Shown here: positions 24,395 through 35,233 of the stretch, piece after piece
Layout: each line of letters starts with the position of its first letter
Position numbering within the stretch: position 1 is the stretch's first letter
DNA from: Felis catus
Lineage: Eukaryota
Direction: 5' to 3'
Assembly (NCBI RefSeq): GCF_018350175.1
Contig: NC_058371.1
Location: 200,880,001-200,944,000 of the forward strand
Length of the DNA stretch: 64,000 nucleotides
The notes under the pieces: model-generated
The model's database searches: none
Told to the model about the DNA's origin: nothing
What the model saw: the letters and a program-made list of their open reading frames with translations, nothing else
Position numbers and translations under genes: made by a program

Positions 24395-25088
24395 AGGGCC
24401 TCCGAGAGGCTGATCGGTTTGAAACTTAGTTTCACACGTAAAATAAACCACTTCTATGTCGAGTGCTCTCGCGTGGATTGTGGTACGCGTGAAAACTAGC
24501 CCACGGTCCAGATGTGGCAGCAGGGCTTCCGTAGAACCGCGATGACGTTCCTCGCTTTGTTCCAAAAGCACATACTCCTCAAGCTGTGTGGATTGCGTGT
24601 TGAGTCTGTCAGACGAGGTTCATTAGTAGTAGTCGTTTTGTGAATGGGAGTCACGATCCCCTTTGTTCCCGAGAAGTGGTTCGAGGTTCAATTGAGTGCG
24701 TTAGAAATCACACTTGAGGTAATAACCTGTTTCACAACAAAGCACAGTGATCTGCCTGTTTCCCAGCCGTTATTTGGCCGTGCCTGGCCTTTTTCCAGGA
24801 GCAGCTTATTAAAAAGATAGTTGGAGGTGTTTACAAGTCCTGCCGCGAGTGGCCAGAGAGCCACTAGATGTCCTACCTGCCATCTGTCCCCGTGCCCGCT
24901 CCACCCACCTCTCCTGTGTCTAAATCCTACCTGTACCCCTCCCCGTACCAAGAGGCTCTTCAGACCCCACCGCCTTTTGACCCGCTCCCTGATTCCTTCC
25001 CTCTCTCCTTCTCCACCCCCACCAGCATCGGAAGTAATTTCTCCCTTCTCTTACTTCTCATACACCCTGTGCCTCTTTCTCTATTGCA

Positions 25089-25320
25089 TTTTCCTTTTTT
25101 TTTCCTTTCTTTTTTTTTAATGCTTGCTTATTTTTGAGAGAGAGACAGAGACAGAGTGTGAGCAGGGGAGGGGCAGAGCAAGAGAAGACAGAATCGGAAG
25201 CAGGCTCCAGGCTCTGGGCTGTCAGCACGGAGCCCAGCGCGGGGCTCGAACTCCCGAGCCACGAGATCGTGACCTGACCCCGAGTTGGACAGTTAACCGA
25301 CTGAGCCACCCAGGCGCCCC
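25089..25320 (-). mobile_element. Can-SINE (SINEC_Fc-like), full length
   Basis: T tail, body, head ccacccaggcgcccc. Confidence 0.95.
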
Positions 25321-26129
25321 ACATTTCCCATTTTTCGTGAGTCACGTATGTACTTTTTCTTGTTAGGTTATAAGCTCCTTACGGATATAGACTCTGCCTT
25401 CCTCCCTTGCGGGGTCAGTGCCTAGGTGGGACGCGGGTGCTCGTGATGGGAGGAAGCCCCACAGGGTCACTGCTCTGGTTGGCTTGCCCAGAGACCTGTA
25501 GGTGTGAACTGAATCCCATTGAAACGTTGAAATCCGAGCTGCCAAGAAAGAAAACCAATAATGTCGTTAGCCTTTATCTGTCTGTTTATTGCCCCTCTTT
25601 TTATCCTCGAATTTTCCTTTATGTACTTTGTATTTCACCTGGTTCCAGATTGGGAAGAAAGAAAAAGAGGGAAGAAGCGAGATTCTACATCATACCACTG
25701 CCATATTCCTTCGCTTTCTAGTATGTTGATGGATTTACGTGTTATGAGCATTCTGGGTTGTCTTGGAAGGCCTCTAGTAAAGTCCTCAGAGGCCCTTGCG
25801 GGGTTGTCTGCTGGTCTCCCTGCAGCCGCGGCTCTCGGCCCGGCCTCTGGGCAGAGGTGCTGGGGTGTAGAGCGGGGTCAGAGCTCCCATCATAGATTGA
25901 TCTGAGGTACGGGGAGGTTGGGAGAGGGTCTGACAGGACAGCACGGGGCCAGGCTTGGAGCAGAGTGTATACCTTTCCACCGTCACACTGCCTGGTCAGT
26001 CTAGGGGAGTCCCTCTGAGGGTCGTCTTCCCCCCTTTCCCGAGAGGGGGCAGTCTGGGAGCCCCGTTGTAAAGGTCACTGTTCAAAGGCCACCTTTTCAG
26101 AGCGGGTGGACTAACGTGTAGGAATTCTA

Positions 26130-26251
26130 GGGGTACCTGGCTTGTTCAGTGGCAGAGCATCGACTTTTGATCTCAGGGTGGTGATGGTGAGTTCAAGCCC
26201 CTTGGGTTGGGTGCAGAGTTTCCTTGGAAATGACAAAATAAAACAAAAAAC
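26130..26251 (+). mobile_element. Can-SINE, short older type
   Basis: ggggtacctggcttgttcagtggcagagcatcgacttttgatctcaggg, A-rich tail. Confidence 0.8.
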
Positions 26252-29200
26252 TTAAAATGTAGAAATTCTAATAGCGTTGGTGCCCAGGAGCGTGGATTCT
26301 TTTCAAAAGTTCAGTTCAGTCAGTTTCAGCAAACATGTTTTGAATACCTGTTACCTGCTTATCGCTAAGGTAGATGTCCTGGACGAACAGGACATCATCC
26401 TTGCCCTTGAAGAATTCAGTCTTGTTACGAAGACCAGTTTGCAAGCAGATTATTTTAATTGAAATAGGCACTTTAGTCATAGGGCTCAAACTCCGAAGGT
26501 ACAGGAGGGTGGCTACACACAGTGAACAGGTCCCTCCCCAGCAGCCATGAGCATGCGTTCTGGTACGTCCTCCCAGGATATTTAGGCACGTAGAAGCAAA
26601 TACACATTCGCATAGATTTTTTCTTTTCTTCTTTTCACAGAAATGGCATTTTATTATAATCGCCTTTCCTTTTCGGTTCCAGTGTGTGGACAGATGTGCT
26701 GTGATTTACGTAGCCGGTTCCCTATCTTTTCGGGCATTTGGGCGAGTGTAATTGTAGGTCACACGGTGGGTGGTGTGGCGGAGGTGAGCACAGGCTGCGG
26801 TGGGAGCCCAGAGCAGAGCCCTCCCGGCAGCGAGGGTCCCAGAGGCTCTCTGAACACCCCCGAGTGTCCCAGGGCAGAAGGGAAAGGAAAGGCTGCTCGG
26901 GGCAGAACGGACAGCGCAAGCAAAGGTGAAAAGGCTTGCAGTTTCTCGCGTGCGTAGAGCACCTGCCAGCAGTTAGTTCGTGGCTTCTCAAGTACAGGAC
27001 GGAGGTGAGGAGCAGCGGAGCGTGCCTTGGGTGTCCGTCTGTGCCTAAGTTTGTGGCGTAAATGTTCTCCTGGTTGTTTACTCGGTCGCCAACTTGGTGG
27101 CCGTGCTCTTTGCGGCGCGGAGAGACAGCAGAGGGTCGGGCCGTCTCCAGGAGTTTGTGGTCCGGCCAGGAGAGGACGCCTGGCGGTCAGAGGCTCTGAT
27201 GAACGGGTTGGGGGGGGAGGGGGGCCGTCCTTGGCCCTTGGGGCACGGCACCAGGGTCCGGGACGGAGCCCGAGCGGTTCCTGCTGCCTGCCACTTGCCG
27301 TCAGTAAAGGAGAACCCGCTCTCTGTCACACTCCGCGCCCCTCCGTTTACATTCGCTTTCCTTTCCGCTCGTGACCCGGACACCTGAGGGCTGACTGTGG
27401 CTGGGGGGCCACGGTACTCTTCCCGGAGTAGCCTCAGGACCACCAGTCACCTTTGTTCTCCCAGACCCAGGAGCTCAGTGAGAGTTCTGGGTGGGGCCTC
27501 TACCCAGCTTCCGGCTCCTAAAGAGTGGAATTTGAGTGTCCCATGTGGTGCCAGAAACATTTCTGGTCAGGCTTTCTGGCCCAAATACACGTCTTCTCTG
27601 TTTTTGCACTGTTTCCTTCATTCATTGAGTATTTCTCGGGAGCCCACTCTGTCCAGGCGCCGGGCTGGGTGCTGGGGACACGCACGGAGCCCTGCCCTTG
27701 CCGGTGACATTCACCGACAGCATGTGACCGATTATAGCGTTCACTGGTGTGCCTGCGCCAGGGAGAGGGCACGTCGGGGTGCCTGGAGGGCTTGCCAAGA
27801 AGTGGGTGCTCGGGGCTGGCTCTCAGCCAAGGTGTGGTTTGAAGACAGGCTTGCAGATGAGAAGCCGTCTGGGGGAGAGGCCGAGCGGAGCTGCGGCAGA
27901 GGCGCCCGGCCCGTCCCAGCTGTGTTCTCGCCTGCTTTCCCTTCATCCGTTCTCCGCCAACCAGAAGCTGAATCCCTGCATACAGTGGACGTTATTTCTG
28001 CCAAGCGTGGTCATCTTTGCTGACCAACCCAGAAGCTGTAGATAGCGGAGTGGAAAGAGGTCGTAAGATAGTGCAGGTTCATCGGATGTGTGTTCGGTGT
28101 AGCACGGAACGGCACAAAGAAGTCTGTGCCTTTGATTGACATTCAGGGGAGGAGGCAGAAAACATCCTAAAAGCATAGCAGAAACTGGGGGGACTTTAAC
28201 AGTGGTTTCAGCCTGAGAGGGGGGCGGCGTGGGGAGGCAGAGGATGGCACACCAGATGATCAGGGACCTGCATGCAGGTGGCGCCTTTTCTTCAGGCCAG
28301 CAGGCATCGAGTGTCTGCTTTGAGTGTGCCTTGTGCCCGGAGGTGCACAGATCCGTGAGACATGGGCCCTGCCCGTAGGAAGCTCACTGCCTGTCCTGCT
28401 CCAGTCTAGTCCAGCCTCCTCTCCATTCATGCCAGCCCCTCCGGCTTGCTCTCCAGCTGCCTCCCACCGTCCGCGATGCGTTCTTTCTCCCTTTCTTAAC
28501 CTGGCCCCCACCCCCGCGGTCTCGAGACAGGGTTTCACGGTGAGCCATACAGCTGCCCTTGCACGAGTCAACACCGATCCCTCCGCCGCTGCCTGGGACG
28601 TTTTCTTTTGCAGGTAGGAACTTGTTGCCTCCAAATCCGTCTGCTTTCAGTGGTGCTCTGGGGGTGAGGGCGACTGTGTTGCTCCCAGGTAGCACTGAGC
28701 TGCCATCTGGCATAGAGTAGGTGTGCCTTGGAGCGAAGGCAAGGCCCTTCCAGAAAGATCTTAGGGTTCTGTGAAGTAATGTGCTGGATACAGTTAATTA
28801 TCTTGAACGCTGTAGACCTTGGCTATTGCTGGCTTCATGTGCGTGAGGCTACCCCTGTGAGTTCTGCCTAGTAAGTAGTCGTACTGACCGCTAGCGTTGG
28901 AGTAAGCTGGGGGAGAACTTAGTGAGGGTTCGCTGGCCTCGCTGGGTTCTTCAGTTTCTCATTTAAGAGTGTTTCCGCGAGGTTAAGCGAAAAATGAGAC
29001 TTGGCGGTGTTTCCCGTTAGGTAAATAATAAAAAAATCCCTTACTGAATCAAAAAGTCTTAGACCCATAAAACAACTTACATGTAAGAGAGTAACAGAAT
29101 CCTGTCAGGATTGATGGTCATTGGTTGCTAAGATAGCTCAGGTTTCAACCTTGGACACATAACAATAACAGAACATTCTCTAAAACAGTAAAGATGCGTG

Positions 29201-29607
29201 CAATATTCACAGTCCTTTATTTGGATTTAGTTTCACCGTCCTCTGGTCTCAGCAAAGCAGATGCTTGAGTTACAAAGACGTTTAGGTTGGTAACTCTGCC
29301 TGTACCGTTTCTTTCTGTCCCGCATCGTCTTCGACTCCCTCCTGCCCGCGCGCGTGAAGAAGAGGGTCCTCCCTTTTCTCCAGAACACTGCACACCAGTG
29401 GAGACTTGGGACCGCCCTGTTACTTCTCTGCATTTCCAAAATACAGAAATTTGCCTTACCTGGGGATGTTTATGGGGAATAGTCTGCCTCATAAGAGTTT
29501 TTGTTGTGTCTCTAAGAAGATTTTCATTCCACTTCCAATATAAACGCTTCTTAAGAAAAACTTCTTTTATGTGCTACGAACACTTTGGCTTTTTAAATTC
29601 ACCTTGT

Positions 29608-29679
29608 TGGGGCGCTTGGGTTCAAGACCCACAATGGGTGTAGAGATTACTTAAAAATAGAATCTTTAAAATAAATAAA
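29608..29679 (+). mobile_element. Internally deleted short Can-SINE
   Basis: ggggcgcttggg joined to ttcaagacccacaatgggtgtagagattacttaaaa tail. Confidence 0.7.
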
Positions 29680-29728
29680 TTCACCTTGTCTAGAATAGTA
29701 TTAAAAACACAAAAACAAATGTTAGTTT

Positions 29729-29850
29729 GGGGTGTCTGGGTGGCTCAAGTCGGTTAAGCGTCCAACTCTTGATCTCAGATCAGGTCTCGATCTCAGGGTC
29801 GTGAGTTCAGGCTTCCACATTGTGCTCTGTGCTGGGCATGAAGCCTACTT
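29729..29850 (+). mobile_element. Older Can-SINE (host of nested insertion)
   Basis: ggggtgtctgggtggctcaagtcggttaagcg head; A tail resumes at 30066. Confidence 0.85.
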
Positions 29851-30049
29851 TAAATTTTTTTTTTTTTTTTAACATTTATTTATTTTTGAGAGAGAGACAG
29901 AGACAGAGACAGAGCATGAATGGGGGAGGGTCAGAGAGAGGGAGACACAGAATCTGAAACAGGCTCCAGGCTCTGAGCTGTCAGCACAGAGCCCGACGCG
30001 GGGCTCGAACTCACAGACCGTGAGATCATGACCTGAGCTGAAGTCAGAC
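29851..30049 (-). mobile_element. 5'-truncated young SINEC_Fc inserted into older SINE
   Basis: 15-bp perfect TSD GCATGAAGCCTACTT at 29836-29850 and 30050-30064. Confidence 0.95.
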
Positions 30050-30189
30050 GCATGAAGCCTACTTCAAAAAAAAAAAATAGTCATCATTTAAAAATCCTGG
30101 ATTTATAGTTCATAGTTAATAATGCTTGAATTTTCTCTTTTATCCTGAAAGCTTGTAAACTTTTTTCTGTGTTCGTTTAACCTCAACAG

Positions 30190-30298
30190 TTTCCTGTATT
30201 GAACACTGATGTTCAAGGAATGAATAGAAGTCAAGAAAAACAGACTTGGTGGGAAAAAGCCTTGTACTCTCCTCTTTTTCCTGCGTCAGAGTGTGAAG
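30190..30298 (+). CDS. KIAA0232: KIAA0232 coding exon (FPVLNTDVQGMNRSQEKQTWWEKALYSPLFPASECE-E)
   Basis: ctcaacag acceptor, 109 nt, G|gtaggt donor. Confidence 0.95.
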
Positions 30299-30834
30299 GT
30301 AGGTCATTGATTCTTTCGTTCAGATTTCTAATTCGTTACGAGCAATTCTTCCACTATGAGTATCAGTCCAGAAAACATTTACCAAGAGGCTTTCGTGTAG
30401 CCAGCATTTGTGAGACACTGGAGACACAGAGATGAGAACTACATCCTGCCCTTAGCCTGATGTGGGGAAAGGCATTCGGATACCTAAAAGCAGGACCGAC
30501 CTTTGACCGCATCTGGGCAGGATCCCAGTGAATCGTGGGGCAGAAATCATCAGCTATGGGGGGATCTTCAGGAAGACGCCCAGATGGGGATGCCGGGCAA
30601 GGGCAGAGCCCGTGAAAGAGAACAGCCTATGCTGGGGCAAGAGGATCTCTGGCAGGTGGAGGGAACAGGGACCCATCGGGCCCAGCTGGGTTGTAAGCTG
30701 AGGCTGGAGAGGCAGACAGGGAAGGAGCCCATCGGGAGGTTTGGGAGCTCTGCCGAATTAGGTCAGGTTTAACCTGCAGGAAGGGAAGGTTGTTTAAAAG
30801 ATTGCGAATTGGAGGGTATCTCGGCAGAGGTGTG

Positions 30835-31035
30835 TTTTATTATTTAAAAAAAATTTTTTTGATTTATTAATTTTGAGAGAGTGGGGGAGGGACGCAGAGA
30901 AAGAGAGACCCTAGCAGGCTCCGCACCGTCAGCACGGAGCCCGATGCGCGGCTTGAACTCACGAAACTGTGAGATCATGGCCTGAGCCGAAACCGAGAGT
31001 CTGCCACTTAACCGAGTGAGTCACCCAGGTGCCCC
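30835..31035 (-). mobile_element. Can-SINE (SINEC_Fc2-like)
   Basis: Body and head; flanks aggtgtgtttta / aggtgtgtgtttta. Confidence 0.9.
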
Positions 31036-34000
31036 CAGGTGTGTGTTTTAAAACCATTCTATCAGCAGAGCGGAGAGGGAATTGAGGAGCAGTTGAAAAG
31101 CCGAAGGTACCGACTGGGGCTCTAGGCTCCTGCAGGGGTCTGCGAGTGACAGGGTCAGTGCCTGGCCTCAGGCGCTGCTGGGGGAGTAGATGGGGGAGCG
31201 GCGAGGAGAGGTTTTGGAGAGGAGGCCGGGGCTCGCTGAAGTGAGTCTGTGAGGGCTGAGCAGCAGGGTGGGGCTGGGGGCTGGCGGTGGGGGACATGGG
31301 GCAGCAGCACATTTGGTCTGTGGGCTTCTCGGGTGAGCATGCCCAGAAGCTATAGAAAGTCCTGACCTGAAGTCCGGGGCGAGGTGAGGACTGTGAAGGC
31401 CGTGGGCTCGCGCCAGGGGGTGGGCGAGGCAGACTCTGGGCTCCTGTCTCGGGGGCTCCTGTCGGCTGCAGCGTCTGGTCTCCCCCGTTAGAGCCGGAAG
31501 GAGCACGTAAACCGTCTGTTAGCATTTATACGTCCGCAGGTCTGTCACGTCTCCAGTTGTTTTGTAACGAACGTGGAGCCAGTGACACCCCTCACTGGCC
31601 ACCAGGCCTCGCGCACTCCGGCGCTCAGAACGCCCGCGCTGGCCTCCCTTTGCAGCTCGGCCTCTCCGCCCGGGCGGGAGGCAGGGTGGTTGCTTCTCTC
31701 TATTCTGTGAGCCTCAAATCGCCTCCCCCACAGCTCGCCTTCTTCCTTCCCAGAGGCTCGCTGGGTCCCAAAGTGTAGGGCGAGGGCCTCAGTTTTAGCA
31801 TCTTTGTTTACCTAACCGCATTTATTAAAGGCCTGTTGCCTTAGCATTAGCTAATATCTGGGTCCCCTTTTATTATTTACCAGGTGCTCTCAATCTTTTC
31901 TTATACGTAGGCCCCACAATAGCCTTGTGAGATGTCAGCTGAAGTTTTCAGATGAGGAAGCTCTAAGATTCAGGTTTGGTACTTTGTCTGAATCATGCAT
32001 ATTAGCCATTGAGCTCAGGCTTGCGTCCAGGCTGTCTTCCTGTGGTCCAGAAGCTTCGTTCTCTGTAGTAGCTGTCTGTACTCGGTGCCCAGGGGGGCGC
32101 CGGGGTGATGGGAGCACAAATCTGGCCTTGACGTATGTCCATCGTGCTGCACCGGGTGAGTGTTAAGTCAGAGATGAGTTAACAGGAATACAGGTAGGGG
32201 AGGCTGAGTGCCCAGAGTAGGGCAGTGAGAGGACCACCCAGAAAGTGCCAGAGGGAGAGAGGGATGTGGCAGCAGGCAGGGCCAGGGGTCTAGGAAGACC
32301 AATCCTTCTGGGAGGTTAGGGTGATTTTTCAGACACTGAGTTCGTGCTTTTGTTAGTGTGTCAAGGGCCGTCTGCACAGCCTTAGTCTAGTTTCGTGTGT
32401 TAGTAAGGAGTCCGTCCCGACTCTGAGCTGTGGGTCCTTGGTGACCAGTACAGTCCCAGGTAGGTGCCGTAAGCGATGGTCAGTGCGTGATGCTTTTTTA
32501 ATTGTGAGGTGGCAAATACAGAAATTCTCAGTGGATGAGTAACGTTCACCAGGCTTTTGAACGACCTTCCACTCACAACTGCATTAAATCCCTGCACAGT
32601 TGCCTTGTGCTGATGGTGGCGCCACAGCCGCCTTCTGTCGGCCTGTGGGGGTGGGGGTGGGGGCGGGGGCGTGCGGTCTCAGGAGCTGGTCAGCCAGGAA
32701 ACCAGGCAGCCTCCGCCTTCCCCTCTGCCCCTGAAGCTTCCAGCGTGGCTGATGATTGATAATGAGCGTGTGCTGCTCTAAGGGGCTGACCTGGAAGCTT
32801 TCGGCCTCGATGGGAAGGAGCAGGGGCCGTGCCCTTCGACAGTAGGGCAGCGCCAGGTGCCCTGCGGCGGGGGCGCCCATCTGGCCTGGAGGCCCACGCC
32901 CCGCACCCTGCCTCCTGCCGGCCTTGCCGTGCGTTCACACGTGCGACCACGCGGCAAGCATGTCTTCCGCGCCCTCGTGCCAGGCACTGGGAACGCAGAG
33001 GCAGACGGCCCTCCTTCCTGCTCTCCTGATTGTGGGGATGTCTGTGCAGAGACCGGAGAGGGCAGGGACACGAGCCGTGTGACAATTGGGGCTACCTGCA
33101 GGGAGAGGTGCCCCGTGAGAAGCCCTGGCTGGTGCGGGAGCTGGATGCATTCGGCGCCCGAATGGGGGGCCCGGCCAAGGGGGAACCGCGTGAGAGTGCG
33201 GTGGGGGACGGGGTCGGCCAGAAGCAAGGAGCCGGAGCACCAGGGCCCTGCACACTCTGTCCTGACAGATCTTCCCGGATGGGGGTCTCTAGAGCTCTCC
33301 CGCACTGGAGTTGAGATGTTTGGAAGGCTCATTGTAAGTGCGGGTATTACTTAGTCTTAACAGAGAAGGCCGTGCGGGGACTCCGTGGAGACAAAACGGA
33401 GCAGGACTCCAGTGCTTCCATTGCCAGACCTTTGGGCCGTGGCCAGGCCTTCTGTGTCTCCATCGTTTGTAAAAGGAGGCTGCAGATCGTGCCTCCCCGA
33501 GGGGATACTTACGAGGAGTGGCGCGCATGGCGTGGGACTGGTGCGTGGTCCTAGCCTAGAACGTGGGGACCGTGCACGTGAGGATCGTGAGGAACGTCGT
33601 CCGCGCTCAGCACAGACTCCTTTTGGACGTACAGAATTCCTAAAGCGGGACAGGAAGGATCGCGGCGGGGTTGGATGCAGCTGTCTGGGCGCGTCTTCTA
33701 GTCCAGGAACTAGTCACCTTCCCTGATACACTCGCTCACCTGGTTCACGTGGTAACGAACTGGGTGGGGCGTGGGGACTGCGAGAACTTGGTCCGGTGAC
33801 TGCCCAGAAGGGATGAATAAGCCCGGGTCTGGGTTCATAGCAGCGGTAGAAGGTGTCACTGAGTGCCGGTGCCACATTTGGGGCTGCACACGCGTCGTCT
33901 CTTTACCTCGCACAGGACTGCGTGAGGGCGAGGGGGGACCCCGTGTCAGAGATGCGGGAGCTGGGGCTCAAAAGAGGTACAGTGATCTGCCGTGTCACGT

Positions 34001-35135
34001 CACAGGTGTGTGGCAGAACGGAGGATCCGCTGTGACGTCCGTCTAGTCCCAGAGCCCGAGCTGGTAACTTCGAGGTCCTGAGACAGCAGAGAGAGCTAGA
34101 GGTCATGGGGAGTGTGGTGCGGCCGGTGCGGCCTCGGTGAAAGGCCGTCCCTTGGGCACAGCAGTCCTGGAGCGCCGACCCTATCGTCCCTGGTCTCACG
34201 CACGGGGAGCGCGCCATGCCTTTGAACGCCCCGGAGCTGGACCGCAGGCGGCGGGAAACGGATGCTCGGTTGGGGGCATTAGGGGACTTGGACACGGGGA
34301 TTCAAAGCCAGGGTCTGTGTCAGGCCGGCACTGTGTCTGTGCAGGGGTGCGGGGGCTGGTCTAGACAAAGACAGGAGGGCGTCAGAACCACCCGGGGGGC
34401 TTGTCGCAGCTGCTGCCTGGACCCTGGCCCAGCGCGCGGCTCAGTCGGGGTTTCACGTGGGGCCTGGGCAGACTCTGCTTAAAGCTCCAGCGTTGAGAAG
34501 CTTTGCGCTCGACGATTGCCGATTCCTCCTAATCGTAGCCTCCAGACCCATCCCCTTCTGGGGGCCGCATACCTACCCAAACCACTAGCCGCCTTTCCCT
34601 TCCCTGTTGTCCAGATACCGTAACGGCATCCTTCAGCGGGGTGTGGACTTGGGGGGAGCAAACAAGGCTGCTGCTCTCTCTCGTCACTTCCTCCTGTCTG
34701 CTTGTTTGTCATGTGACCACGCACGGTATATCGTCGGTCTCCCTTCCCGCTCCATACGCTCTTGAGAGCTTGGCCTTGTTGGTCTTCGTCCTGTGTTCCC
34801 AGGGCCTGTCACATTACAGGTGCGAGTATTTGCTGAACGGGTGTCTCACGGTGAGATGACAGGCGTGTGTGTTATGCCAGCCTATTTTTCAAAAACTCGA
34901 TAAACGGTTTATCAGAATTTTTAAATGGGCGTAGCAGTTTGCTCGTGCACACCTGGCTGGCCAGTGGTGACCGTGTCTGCTCTTAGTGACTAGTCCAACT
35001 CGCCGAAGGGCTGGTAGACCTAACTGATCTGACTTGTCAGCAAAAAATGACACAGGAATGTATGTTTCATAACCATGTCTTAATGAAATTTCCCCCCCTC
35101 TCCCTCTTTTCCCTTCTCCATTCAAAATGATTAAG

Positions 35136-35233
35136 AATGTTATACAAATGCCAAGGGAGAGAATGGTATAGAAGAGTGTCCAGATGGTAAAGACATGCCC
35201 AGTAACGAAGAGCGTCCATTAGATTTTAATAGG
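35136..35233 (+). CDS. KIAA0232: KIAA0232 coding exon (E-CYTNAKGENGIEECPDGKDMPSNEERPLDFNR)
   Basis: ttaag acceptor, 98 nt, AGG|gtaagt donor; restores phase 0. Confidence 0.93.

Noticed and set aside
29098-29112. Palindrome AATCCTG-T-CAGGATT
   Set aside because: 7-bp arms are expected by chance in 64 kb; no transposon termini identified around it
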